A stretch of DNA of 64,000 nt from an uncultured delta proteobacterium (GCA_963827685.1 CAWHBU010000001.1:1-64000); one strand, 5' to 3'. Counted from the first letter of the stretch, positions 43,464 to 53,772 are shown. The notes: generated by a model not told the origin, from the letters alone. Numbers and translations: made by a program.

Positions 43464-44321
43464 TTAAGTTTCATTAAGGAGCTTTTCATACTGCTCTGGG
43501 CTCCTGTACCCTAATGCCGAATGACTCCTCTGACGATTATAAAACACTTCCACGTACTCAAAAATACTAAGCCTCGCCTCCAGCCTTGAACGGTACCGCT
43601 CACCATGGACCAACTCCGTCTTGAGCGTGCCAAAGAAAGACTCCACATAGGCATTATCATAACAATTGCCACTTCTGCTCATACTAGGAGTCATGCCGTA
43701 TTCTCTTAAAAGCTCCTGATAGGCATAGCTTGCATACTGCCTGCCTCGATCAGAATGGTGGATCAACCCTTCAGAGGGGCTTTGCCTGCCCACCGCGTCC
43801 CTGAGCGCAGCAGAAGCTAGCTCCTGAGAGAGCTTATCGCTCATGGACAGCCCAATGATCTTTCTGCTTTTCACATTCATCACTGCTGCCACATAGAGCC
43901 ATCCCTCAGAAGTGGGCACAAACGTAATATCAGATGCCCATACCCCCTCTGTCTGCCTCTGGTCAATCAGTAAGTTTGCAGCCAAGGCATAATGATGCCG
44001 TGAATCGGTAGTCCGCCTGAATCTCTTTTTCTTCACTTCTGCCCATATGGAGTGCTCTTTCATGATCCTGGCTACCCGGTTCTTCCCACATCTAAGACCC
44101 TGCTTATTGAGCTCCGCTGCGATCCGCGGACTCCCATAGAGCCTTCTGCTTTGAGTGTGGATCTCCCGTATGTGCCCCAGCAACTCCTCATCGTCTTTCT
44201 GACGTGTGCTCGGTTGACGCGTCTTCCACGCATAATAACCACTTCTGGATACCTTCAACACTTCACTCATACTCCTTATCTTGTAGGTCTCTCTGTGCTC
44301 TTCTATCAACCGATACTTCAT
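43464..44321 (-). CDS. IS3 transposase OrfB
   Basis: WASDITF, HHSDRGRQY, DNAYVESFFGTLK. Confidence 0.95.
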   Translation of the reverse strand: MKYRLIEEHRETYKIRSMSEVLKVSRSGYYAWKTRQPSTRQKDDEELLGHIREIHTQSRRLYGSPRIAAELNKQGLRCGKNRVARIMKEHSIWAEVKKKRFRRTTDSRHHYALAANLLIDQRQTEGVWASDITFVPTSEGWLYVAAVMNVKSRKIIGLSMSDKLSQELASAALRDAVGRQSPSEGLIHHSDRGRQYASYAYQELLREYGMTPSMSRSGNCYDNAYVESFFGTLKTELVHGERYRSRLEARLSIFEYVEVFYNRQRSHSALGYRSPEQYEKLLNET

Positions 44322-44620
44322 CTGTTTCGTTTGGAGAATACGGCCAAGGCTTTTTTTAAAATGTCCCTCTCTTCCTTCACCTTTTCTAATTCCTTCCGGA
44401 GCCCCTTTATTTCCGCTTCCTCTGGCGTTACACGGCCCTTCCCTACGAAGGCTTTATCCCCTTTAGCTAAGAACCTCCTCCTCCATAGATGAAGAAGATT
44501 GGGATGGATATCAAGCTCTCGGGCCACCTTGCCTACCGGCATCCCTTTCTCTGTGACCAACTGCACTGCATCTCGTTTGAACTCACGGCTGAAATGACGA
44601 TTCTTTTCCCCCATACGCAC
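44318..44620 (-). CDS. IS3 transposase OrfA
   Basis: HTH FSREFKRDAV...ERDILKKA; A7G slippery site at 44350-44357 with open -1 frame into OrfB. Confidence 0.93.
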   Translation of the reverse strand: MRMGEKNRHFSREFKRDAVQLVTEKGMPVGKVARELDIHPNLLHLWRRRFLAKGDKAFVGKGRVTPEEAEIKGLRKELEKVKEERDILKKALAVFSKRNR

Positions 44621-44714
44621 CTCCTGTCCAATGATACAAATTCTCAGGTGTGTCCATCAACTCGGGGGAAGGTCACTTGAAATCTTGAGTGCTTAGATGG
44701 TTTGTTAGAATGAA

Positions 44715-44781
44715 GACTTCAGGAAGAAACTTTGTAAGAGGCGCGCGGGCAGACGCCAGCCAAGAACCTCACCGGAGGCAG
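44715..44781. repeat. Dispersed intergenic repeat, copy 4 (partial)
   Basis: gacttcaggaagaaactttgtaagaggcgcgcgggcag...aacctcaccggaggcag. Confidence 0.85.
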
Positions 44782-44955
44782 GATAAGAAGGTCGAGGAAG
44801 ATGGATGGGCAACAACCACTTTTTCCTGTTGATTGACAGGTTTGGCCCCTTTTGTTATAGCAGGTCTATTGCTGTGATAGTTGCTGCCAAAGTTACGTTT
44901 TCCTCCACGGCCAACGTCGTGATCCCCTGCGTAGGCGGATGAAAGGAGAAAAAAG

Positions 44956-45711
44956 TTGAAGCCAAGTCGTTTTAAGGGTGAGGCGATTCCCTTCCTATTT
45001 ATCATGGCAATACTCCCTATCTTATTCTCATGCGCAACTTACAGCGTGAAAGGAAGTGGTCAGCCGGCCAAGATAAACCGCTTTATCAAAAAATTCATTG
45101 CGCACCATACCGCACAAATAGGGGAATCCGAGCAGTTAATCTTTGCAACCAATAGAGACTCCTCATCGGTTCTCGTCACCATTCATGCCGTAGAGAGAAA
45201 CGACGGTGTCTGGCACCTCGTATTCCCCGCATTTGCCGGATCGATTGGAGAGATGGGGTTTGCTGCGATTGACCATAAGAGAGAGGGAGACGGCAGATCC
45301 CCGAGCGGCATTTTCCCTTTGGGGATAGCTTTCGGATACGATCCTTCGGTTGTGACCAAAATGCCATACAGGCAGGCTACAGACGATGACTTCTGGGTGG
45401 ATGATGTCGATTCAGAAGACTACAACAAATGGGTCAAGGGTGAACCCAACGCAGCGTCTTGGGAAAAGATGAAGAGAGACGATGACCAGTATAAGTATGG
45501 AGTGGTGATCGAATACAATATGCACCCTATTGAAAAGGGAAAGGGGAGTGCGATCTTTTTGCACGTATGGAATGGCGGGGACTCAACCCTTGGCTGCGTC
45601 TCTATGCCTGAGGAGATGATTTTAAAAATTCTTGGGTGGCTTGATCCTGTTAAGAAACCCTTGATCATCATGGGGACAGAATTCGAACTTCGCGCAATGA
45701 TATCTCGCTAA
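44956..45711 (+). CDS. L,D-transpeptidase (YkuD)-like lipoprotein
   Basis: KREGDGRSPSG, GSAIFLHVW...TLGCVS. Confidence 0.85.
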   Translation: MKPSRFKGEAIPFLFIMAILPILFSCATYSVKGSGQPAKINRFIKKFIAHHTAQIGESEQLIFATNRDSSSVLVTIHAVERNDGVWHLVFPAFAGSIGEMGFAAIDHKREGDGRSPSGIFPLGIAFGYDPSVVTKMPYRQATDDDFWVDDVDSEDYNKWVKGEPNAASWEKMKRDDDQYKYGVVIEYNMHPIEKGKGSAIFLHVWNGGDSTLGCVSMPEEMILKILGWLDPVKKPLIIMGTEFELRAMISR

Positions 45712-45780
45712 TCTTGCTTCAGTCGATTTAAGCACCTGTGACTCTATTTTGAATACCATAGAGGAAGATCTTTTGGGAAG

Positions 45781-46554
45781 ATGGGGGTCTATTCAAAGAT
45801 GAACAGGGCCATGCAGATAGTGAAGCTCCCCGCCCTGTGGGCGGGGCTTGCAGGGCACGTTCCGGCCAAGATGACACATGACCGTCACGCGATACGGTCA
45901 CTGGCTATTCTCTTTGTAATCTTCATCATACTCACTGCCGGCATGGCATTCAGAGCATGGGGAGAAACGAAAGGGGAAGCGTCGGCGCACCCGCCTGGAA
46001 AGGTGGTTGATATTAAGGAAGTGAACCCTCGGATTATCGTCGATATGAAATATGCTACAGAGGATAATTTCGCAAAGAAGAGGCTTTACGATTCTAACAC
46101 CTGTTTTTTGAGGAAGTCTACCGCCGTCAAACTGGATGCAGTTCAGAAGGAGCTTGAGGGAATGAATCTCGGTTTAAAGGTATGGGACTGTTACAGGCCA
46201 TTGGCTGTCCAGCGGATCCTTTGGGCGATTCTTCCCGATGAGCGATATGTGGCGAATCCAGAAAAGGGATCCCGTCACAACCGGGCATCCGCCGTGGACG
46301 TGACACTTGTTGATTCCCAGGGAAAGGAACTTCAGATGCCGACTGGGTTCGATGATTTCAGCCCTCGGGCGGATCATCATTATCAAGACCTTCCGGGTCA
46401 AGCGATCAGGAATCGAGAGCTTCTCAAAGGCCTGATGGAAAAAGCGGGATTTATTCCTTTATCCGAGGAGTGGTGGCATTATGATGATGAAAAGTGGATG
46501 GAGTTTGACATAATGGATCTACCCTTTCAGGACCTTTTAAAACATCAAAATTAG
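45781..46554 (+). CDS. D-alanyl-D-alanine dipeptidase (M15D, VanX/DdpX type); start may be 45871
   Basis: WDCYRP, SRHNRASAVD, MPTGFDDF, EWWHY. Confidence 0.9.
   Translation: MGVYSKMNRAMQIVKLPALWAGLAGHVPAKMTHDRHAIRSLAILFVIFIILTAGMAFRAWGETKGEASAHPPGKVVDIKEVNPRIIVDMKYATEDNFAKKRLYDSNTCFLRKSTAVKLDAVQKELEGMNLGLKVWDCYRPLAVQRILWAILPDERYVANPEKGSRHNRASAVDVTLVDSQGKELQMPTGFDDFSPRADHHYQDLPGQAIRNRELLKGLMEKAGFIPLSEEWWHYDDEKWMEFDIMDLPFQDLLKHQN
45821..45869. repeat. Short version of the GTGAAGCT...CCGGCCAA miniature element
   Basis: Both ends match 52734-52891. Confidence 0.6.
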
Positions 46555-46585
46555 GTGGAGGAAGTTCCGCGGTTTTCCCTTCGGA

Positions 46586-47944
46586 TTATTTCGAAGTGGT
46601 GGGGTCGAAGTAGCTGCGCGTGGCCGCAACCACCTGGGGTGCCAGAACGATCAGGGCGATCAGGTTCGGAAAGATCTGGAGACCGTTCATGGTGTCGGCA
46701 TAGTCCCATACGGTCTTCACCTCGGTGATGGCGCCTACGAAGATCAAGCCGCAATAGATCCAGGCGTAGATTTTGAGGACATTAGATCGAAAGATATATC
46801 CGAAGCAGAGCTCGCCATAGTAAGACCATCCTACCAGATTCGAGTAGCCGAACAGGAACGAGCTCACCGCCACCATCCAACCTCCAACGACCGGAATGCT
46901 GGTGTTGAAGGCGGAAGCCACCAGGGCGGTGCTCATGGTCCCGCTCGTCCACTTCCCTGTGATCGTTACCACGAGCGCGGTCATCGTGCAGGTAATGAAG
47001 GTGATGATGAACACGTCGACGGTCGCAATGAGGCCCTGGCGAACCGGGTCCCGGCTCCGGGCCGCTCCGTAGGCCATCCCTGCCGTCCCGAGTCCCGCCT
47101 CATTCGCATAGAGCCCGCGCGCTGCGCCGAGACGAGCAGCGAGAAGGACCGAGGCACCGGTGAATCCCCCGATCATGGCCGTCGGAGTAAAGGCGCTTTT
47201 CAGGATAAGGGCGACGGTCTGTGGCAGCAAGTGAATGTGGGCGAGGATGATGTAGAGTGAGCCGCCGACGTACAGGACCACTTTCAGCGGAACGAGCTTT
47301 TCCGCAAAACGGGCAATGCTCCTGATTCCTCCGATGACGACCAGCCAGGTACCGATGGCGATGCCAGCCCCTGCGAGCCACTTTGGAATGTGAAACTCGG
47401 TGTTAAGCACCAGCGCCATCGAGTTGGTTTGAGCCAAGGGGCCCGTCGTCATGGCCGCCATCCCCGCCAGGAAAGCAAACATCCAGGCGAGCACCGGTGA
47501 TCGGACGCCGTTCCGGAGGTAGTACATCGGGCCGCCAGCTACGCTGCCATCCGGCAGCTGCTCACGGAACTTCAGTCCCAGGACAGCCTCGCTGTATTTG
47601 GTCGCCATGGCGAAGAGGCCGCTGGCCCACATCCAGAAGACGGCGCCCGGCCCGCCTACGGCAATGGCAGTGGCCACGCCGGCGATGTTGCCGTTTCCGA
47701 TGGCTCCGGCAAGCATCGTCATCATCGACTGCCAGGGCGATATGTCTCCTGGAGGTGCAGAGGCTTCGGCCTGGGCTCGTGCCGGGACCGCAGTCCCCTG
47801 TGCGGCAAATCGCCAGCCCAATCTGAACTTGCGGAGGTGCGTAAACTTCAACCTGGAGGAGAGGTAGATACCGGTACCCATCAGTAGGGCAACCGTAACG
47901 GGCCCCCAAACCAGTGCAGCCGCTTGCGCCCAAAACTCGCTCAT
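46586..47944 (-). CDS. Sodium:alanine/glycine symporter (AgcS/AlsT family)
   Basis: GNGNIAGVATAI, GGPMYY, NEAGLG. Confidence 0.93.
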   Translation of the reverse strand: MSEFWAQAAALVWGPVTVALLMGTGIYLSSRLKFTHLRKFRLGWRFAAQGTAVPARAQAEASAPPGDISPWQSMMTMLAGAIGNGNIAGVATAIAVGGPGAVFWMWASGLFAMATKYSEAVLGLKFREQLPDGSVAGGPMYYLRNGVRSPVLAWMFAFLAGMAAMTTGPLAQTNSMALVLNTEFHIPKWLAGAGIAIGTWLVVIGGIRSIARFAEKLVPLKVVLYVGGSLYIILAHIHLLPQTVALILKSAFTPTAMIGGFTGASVLLAARLGAARGLYANEAGLGTAGMAYGAARSRDPVRQGLIATVDVFIITFITCTMTALVVTITGKWTSGTMSTALVASAFNTSIPVVGGWMVAVSSFLFGYSNLVGWSYYGELCFGYIFRSNVLKIYAWIYCGLIFVGAITEVKTVWDYADTMNGLQIFPNLIALIVLAPQVVAATRSYFDPTTSK

Positions 47945-48220
47945 GCGATTTGCCCGGTCCCCTTAATGATGGTCCTCGCTTGAAGCCATAGCCGAATCGG
48001 ATCATTCGCTATTGATTCCATCAGGCGGATCATCATTAAGAATCGAAAGCACAATAATGGAGCCCCACGGGCAAAGCCCGTGGTCTTCTGCATAGGCGGA
48101 TAAAGGATACGAACTCGCTTTTGGATGGGCTGAATTTACGAGAAATGGGGATGCATGTCAAGCGAAAAAGAGACAAGATGTGAAGGTGTCCCTTTATGGG
48201 GCCTTTACACAAAAGCGTCT

Positions 48221-49223
48221 TTATTCCGTAACCATCTTTTCCTTGGGACCTTCCTGGGCCATGACATCGATCTTTGCCCTGAGTTTTTCCAGGTCACCGA
48301 AAAACTCGTCTGAGGAGACCGTCCTTACCCATTTGCGGCCGACCGGTTTCATCACAGAGGAGAAACGGAGCTCGATTCGAAAACTCCTTCCTATAGGCAT
48401 ATTGGGTGAGTAAGACAATGCCAACAATGCCTGCGCTTATCAGGGCTGACGCGAGCATGCGTTTCCGGCCAGATGACTCGGTCATTACGGACAAGTGAGC
48501 GTAAAGCAGGAGTGAAAAAATCACAGTAAATCCGATGGAACCGACAACTTTGGCCGCAAGCGGCGCCGAGAGAAGGAACTCGACATACTCCTCGGCAGTG
48601 AAGAGCATAAGGAAAACGATGGAGGCGATGCCCGATATTCCGAGATGTGTCATAAAACGGAACGAATGTGCGACAAGCCGGTTGAGGAAAGACCAGAAGC
48701 CGGTCCAGAGAGCAAAGACAATCAGGAGAACAAGGGACATTCCGGTCAGGTCGGACCAAATGACCTTCTGGCTTATTCTCTGGGCGGAACTGAATACGTT
48801 GATGCTGAAGCCCGTGACGAACACTGCAGATGCGATCGCGGCATTTTCGATGTATCTGCCGAAGGGCTCGAACAACGTCCGGGATGAGGCCGCAGGCCCG
48901 ACCGCAAAGTCGCTCCCCCGCAACCTAAGAACCGTCTGGCCGATGCGAATAACGGCTTCACCGCCGGCCGGGATTCTGTGTCGTTCGATGCGCTCCCGCG
49001 ACTTCGACAGCCATGTGCCGTTTAGGGTGTTGAGGTCCTCCACGACAATGGCCCCCTCACCGTCCACCGAAAGCCTGAGGTGCTCCGTGTTGACAAGGCG
49101 GTCGTCAACGATCACGGCATTCCCATAGCCGCGACCGACCGTGGCGGGAAAGGAGTCGACCTTGACCCGCTCCCTGACATTGCCTCTCCTGTCGAGGATT
49201 TCCACAAAGGCTATTTTTCCCAT
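48221..49223 (-). pseudogene. FHA-domain membrane protein with a frameshift near 48374
   Basis: VGRG...DLNTLNGT FHA motifs; C-terminus continues in ORF 48221-48427. Confidence 0.7.
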
Positions 49224-50487
49224 GTGATCATTTCCAGATATCCCTTTGTCAGCGCCACCGCCTTCTCGAAGCTCACTCCTGAAATATCGAGTTCCGTTTC
49301 AAGCCCAGAATTCTCAGAACTGAGGACAGCTGCCTTGAAGACAACGTCGTAAAGTCCCTTGAGTTTCCTGTATCCACGTGCGCAGAAGGCAATCTTGAAG
49401 GTTATCTCGCCGCGCTTTACAGTCCCGGACTTGCACTCAAATTTCGTGACCTCCTCTTCGTTGCCAACCATGTAATGCCTCGGACCCTTAAACAACTCCG
49501 AATACAGATTATTGAAACGGAAGTTATTCATCCCCCCGTTCGTGATAGAACGATGGCTGAAACTCATGATCCCTGAAGAGTGTTCGCCTGAAATATAGAT
49601 GTAATCATCTGTGGAGCAGCGGTGGTCGACAGTGTGGTACGGGGACTTCTCCGGATGACTCGAATCCCCCCAGCACTTGAAGAAAGGCGAAAGCTGGCCG
49701 GGCAGCCGATAGTCGCCAATCCGAACCGTCTGGCCGGACCTTATGAGGTCATCCGAGAAAAAAACGTCCTGGTGGGCCAATATCTGGCGACGGATATCTT
49801 CGAGGAAGCTTTGCGAGTCCTTCTTCGCAGCATCGACTGATTTCATGAGCCTTGCCACGGCCTCCGTCGGAACGAGGAAGCTGATTGCCTGGCCTCTTGA
49901 TGACACGTTCACCCCCACCACCTCACCAGAGGCGTTGATCGCCGGGCCCCACTCATCCCCGGGTTGATCGGCGCGGTGAAATGTATCTTTTTGTAAAGGG
50001 CGTGCTTCATAAGGCCATTATAGGTCCCTTCGACAATGCTCAAGCCGATATCCTGCGGAAAACCCATCGAATAAAGGCGCGTCCCCTGCTGCGGCTCTCT
50101 GGCCGCGATCATGAAAAAGGGCACGTCGTTCACTTCAGCTTTGACCAGGGCAAGATCGTTGATGACGTCTACGTCTATTACGGAAAGGGCTCGAATTGTG
50201 CCGGCTGGCTCGACCAACTCGGCGCGGTAGCGGTCAGGATGGAGGATCAGCTTACAGATGACATGGTAATTCGTGACGATGTGGCCGTGTGGGTCGACGA
50301 AAAAACCGGAACCTATCACGGCCTTCGCACCTGAATCCTTTTCAACCACCTGAATCTTCACCACACGGTCAGAATACTTCCCGAAGACCTTCTCGGTCTC
50401 GGGCAGCATCTCCTGTGCGATGGAAAGGACAGAGAGTGAAGATATCGCGATAAGAGAAAAAACGGCGGCACATACTACTCTTTTCAT
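49211..50487 (-). pseudogene. Trypsin-like (S1C) serine protease with a frameshift at the catalytic GMSGGP (about 49948)
   Basis: GSGF, TNYHV, DLAL, NPGMSG|GPAINASG; one G missing from a G-run. Confidence 0.8.
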
Positions 50488-50672
50488 TCTCGTCCCGTTA
50501 GCGTCTTTTAGTTAGAGATTATCCACAGAATAAACCCACCATCCGTCCATGTCAAGAAAACGAACAAAATACAAGAAACTCACCGCAGGCGGGAGAAAGA
50601 TCAACCAAAACTTACTTGTGGGCCTTCTCCTCTGAGTGAAGAAAGGATCAGCTCCTGGGCATAACAATCGCT

Positions 50673-51410
50673 CTATTTCATATTTCGGATCCGGACCTCG
50701 ATCTCTGGAGTTCCCTTAAGCAGGCTTACCACCTTCGATGTATCCGTCTCACCGAAGTGATAGGGATAGAGGATCTTAGGTTTGAAGGCCTTTGCCGCCT
50801 CAGCCACCATCTTGGACGTCATTGTGTAGGGGAGATTCATGGGCAGGAAGGCGATGTCGATGTTCTTCAGGCCTTTCATCTCCGGAACGTTCTCTGTATC
50901 GCCCGCCACATACACCCGCTTGTCCCCGAAGGTAATGATGTAGCCGTTGCCTACCCCCTTTGGGTGGAAAGGCTGACCGGTGTCTCTTTTATGGACGATA
51001 TTGTAGGCGGGCACAGCCTCGATCTTCAATCCTTCCACTGTCTTCACATCGCCGTTCATCATCACAATGCCTCCCTGCACCTGTTTGGCACAGGTCTCGG
51101 TTAACACCACTACCGTTTTTTCTGTCCGCACTGTGTTCAAGGCCTTCAGATCAAGGTGATCCCTGTGCTCATGGGTCAAGAGGATTAAGTCGGCCTTGGG
51201 GAGGATATTATAATCGGCCAAAGCGCTGTAGGGATCCACATGAATCACCTTTCCCCCAAAGTTGAACATTAACGTGCCGTGGCCCACGAAGGTGATCTTC
51301 AAGTCGCCTGCCGATGTCTTAATGACATCCGTCTCGAATCCCTTTTGAGCAAAAGCAGAAAGTACTATGATCAAGGATAGCAGATTGATCAACAATAACA
51401 GGGCCTTCAT
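50673..51410 (-). CDS. Secreted MBL-fold metallo-hydrolase
   Basis: THEHRDH, YVAGDT, YPYH. Confidence 0.9.
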   Translation of the reverse strand: MKALLLLINLLSLIIVLSAFAQKGFETDVIKTSAGDLKITFVGHGTLMFNFGGKVIHVDPYSALADYNILPKADLILLTHEHRDHLDLKALNTVRTEKTVVVLTETCAKQVQGGIVMMNGDVKTVEGLKIEAVPAYNIVHKRDTGQPFHPKGVGNGYIITFGDKRVYVAGDTENVPEMKGLKNIDIAFLPMNLPYTMTSKMVAEAAKAFKPKILYPYHFGETDTSKVVSLLKGTPEIEVRIRNMK

Positions 51411-51521
51411 GTCACACCTCCTCTGGAATCTGGAGATATTCGAACTACCTTTGCTATTATAGCGTTACCACTTGATAAATCAAACCCTGAGGGTATTGCG
51501 AAAGGGGAGGGTTCCTCAATT

Positions 51522-51758
51522 CAAGAACCCACCCCAGAGGCAGGAGAGAGACTACGGTCTCCAGGAGATATTTAAGAGAGAAGAGAAATGAAGGTGTTCT
51601 GAACGATACTTAACCTTACAAATCCCATCGAATTAACTCTCGATTAACAAGTAAACCTACTCACCTTATCTTTGCTTCGCCGTAGGGCATGGGGTTGAAG
51701 ATGACTGGCTGCTATTGAGTTAAAGCAGGGACTCCAAAAATCACACTTTCACGAAGAA
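51522..51758. repeat. Dispersed intergenic repeat, diverged copy with permuted segment order
   Basis: gagatatttaagagagaagagaaatgaagg...tgaacgatacttaa...cctac followed by the segment that precedes the core in copy 2. Confidence 0.75.
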
Positions 51759-51929
51759 TTAAATGGAATTGTCTTCTGCCAATTCTGCAAGATTAGCCAG
51801 TAGAGAATAGAGACCTTTCTTACTCCGGGGCTTTTTAACCTTAAGTCCTGGTTCCTCCTAATTCTGTTAGTTGAATGGCCTTTCCAAAAATGATAGATTG
51901 AGAGTAATGAAGGGGGTTTTCATCCAAAA

Positions 51930-52526
51930 TTGGTAAATCGATTGTTGGTCGTGCCATTCATTTCCCTCTTCGTACTTCCGATAGCGTGGCTGGAGGGCCG
52001 TTTGCTTCCGAAAGCTGATTGGATCGGTTGGGCGGCGATTCTAACCTTAGTCAACGCCCTGCTCCTTTATATCCCTTGGGCTATCGCCATTATTCCTACA
52101 CGCCATTTGATGATTGGACCTGTGGCTGTTCTTGGATTCTTCATGGTCGCTGTTGGACTCTTTCTATTGGCTACAGCCCTGTTTCCTATCATTCGAGTGC
52201 CCGGACAGATGCGGTCCTTACCTGAAAGATTGGTGGTAGAAGGTCCGTATCACTGGGTCCGGCATCCCATCTATCTGAGCCACTTCTTGCTGATTGGTGG
52301 CGCAGCTATTGCCTGTGGAGCACTCAAGGTTTTCCTTGAAACCCCGATCGTACTAGGGATGGCGGCCATTGGCGGAAAGTACGAAGAATCCAGAAGGCTT
52401 CTGCCTCTCTTTGGCAGGACATTTGAACGATACAGAGCTAAAACCCACTTTTTGCTGCCGGCGTGGGGTTGGGTTGCACTTGGATTCATTTACAGTGTGA
52501 TGGCCTTCCACGTATTTCTTCCCTGA
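51930..52526 (+). CDS. Isoprenylcysteine carboxylmethyltransferase/PEMT family membrane protein
   Basis: LVVEGPYHWVRHPIY, EE...L...FG. Confidence 0.85.
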   Translation: MVNRLLVVPFISLFVLPIAWLEGRLLPKADWIGWAAILTLVNALLLYIPWAIAIIPTRHLMIGPVAVLGFFMVAVGLFLLATALFPIIRVPGQMRSLPERLVVEGPYHWVRHPIYLSHFLLIGGAAIACGALKVFLETPIVLGMAAIGGKYEESRRLLPLFGRTFERYRAKTHFLLPAWGWVALGFIYSVMAFHVFLP

Positions 52527-52733
52527 ACAGGTGAAGGTGCCGCTCATCAACGGCCTTCTATCCATTCTGTGGATTCCTGATCGGAATATACCTATGTTAG
52601 AAGAAGAGTCCTGGGGGCAGACTTGATGATTGACGACAGAAAATTCTGGACGTTGGTTCAAAGGCCACTTAAGCAAACCTCCATGTAACCTTTCCAGTCT
52701 CTTTTCCGTCTATATAGGTAAAGATTCATAAAA

Positions 52734-52891
52734 GTGAAGCTTCCCGGCCACAGGCCGGGGCTTCCCGGGCACGTAGTGGCGAGCCGAAAGCGAGCAAAGG
52801 AGATATCGTTTTAATTGTGCCCCTTCCTGCCTGCCGGTAGGCAGGGACCCCGCCTATCGGGCTTTGGCGGCACGGGGCACTTGCCGGCCAA
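52734..52891. mobile_element. Miniature hairpin-ended element (IS200/IS605-like ends) with nested 20-bp palindrome
   Basis: gtgaagcttcccggccacaggccggggctt ... ggggcacttgccggccaa; cctgcctgccggtaggcagg at 52826-52845. Confidence 0.5.
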
Positions 52892-52915
52892 TAATCCATA
52901 AGGAGGAGAAAGACA

Positions 52916-53065
52916 ATGGATAAGGAAAAATTTGAGAAAATGGTTGAAATGATGAAGGGCTTTTGCACAGATGAAAAGGGTATGACCAAATGCCGTGCCA
53001 TGATGAAGAAGATGATGCAGTATGGTGAGGGAAAGGAGGCAGAGAAGAAGAAAAAAGATGCCTGA
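52916..53065 (+). CDS. 49-aa Met/Lys-rich peptide (absent from ORF track)
   Basis: AAGGAGG RBS; MDKEKFEKMVEMMKGFCTDEKGMTKCRAMMKKMMQYGEGKEAEKKKKDA. Confidence 0.65.
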   Translation: MDKEKFEKMVEMMKGFCTDEKGMTKCRAMMKKMMQYGEGKEAEKKKKDA

Positions 53066-53094
53066 AAGACAGAATAGAGAAGCTTAGGCAGAAA

Positions 53095-53772
53095 TTAACG
53101 TGAAGAAGGGGCAACTGACTTCTTGTAGCTGATGGAAATACCTGAACTGCTGGAACGATCGATCGTAGTCTGGTAGTTGGGGAGGCTCCTGATATAATCA
53201 AGAAATTCCTTGACGCCTCCAAAACCATCAATCACATTGTGCGCAGTGAAGCAGCCGCCCACGACCAGTTTAGGCTCCACCTCTTTGAAATACTGGGTAT
53301 ACCATTCCTTGTCGGCGTCGGAAAAGACGAAGTCAAATGGCCCTTTCAACTCCTTGACCAGTTGATGGGCATCGGCCAACCTGGCATCGACAAAGTCTTC
53401 CACTCCGGCCTTCTTGAAATTCTTCAAGGCCGTTCTGTATCGGCTTTCATCGATTTCAATGGTGGTCAGTTTGCCGCCCGTCTTGCTCAGTGCCCAGGCC
53501 ATCCATAGAGCGGAATGGCCTGTCGAGGTACCGATTTCCAATGCCCTTCTATAATTATTTCTAATGATAAGGTTGTATAAGACTCTGCCATCTTCGTAGG
53601 GCACATTCCAGTCCTGCCAGTGCCCCCGGTTTTCGTTCAGAAATTTTTCCACCTTTGCATCCAGTTCTCGGGAGGTCCGGTGGCTTTGCGCAGAGACTGA
53701 GGTCAAGGTACCCACTAATAAGACCGATATGCTCATACCAGTGATGAAACCCTTTAAGGCTGTTTGATTCAT
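53095..53772 (-). CDS. Class I SAM-dependent O-methyltransferase with signal peptide
   Basis: LEIGTSTGHS, FDFVFSDADK, AHN. Confidence 0.9.
   Translation of the reverse strand: MNQTALKGFITGMSISVLLVGTLTSVSAQSHRTSRELDAKVEKFLNENRGHWQDWNVPYEDGRVLYNLIIRNNYRRALEIGTSTGHSALWMAWALSKTGGKLTTIEIDESRYRTALKNFKKAGVEDFVDARLADAHQLVKELKGPFDFVFSDADKEWYTQYFKEVEPKLVVGGCFTAHNVIDGFGGVKEFLDYIRSLPNYQTTIDRSSSSGISISYKKSVAPSSR

Larger units (their letters stand above)
43434..44675 (-). mobile_element. IS3-family element, copy 1 (1242 bp)
   Basis: IRs TGACCTTCCCC/GGGGAAGGTCA; orfA plus orfB; only 2-bp CT flanking match. Confidence 0.95.

Noticed and set aside
45781-46554. Vancomycin resistance cluster
   Set aside because: Only a VanX-like peptidase; no vanA, vanH or regulators.
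31400-53000. Classical integron
   Set aside because: No RYYYAAC...GTTRRRY attC pattern recognised and no IntI-type insertion seen in the recombinases.
53063-53077. Selenocysteine readthrough of the Met-rich peptide TGA
   Set aside because: No convincing SECIS hairpin or redox motif context.
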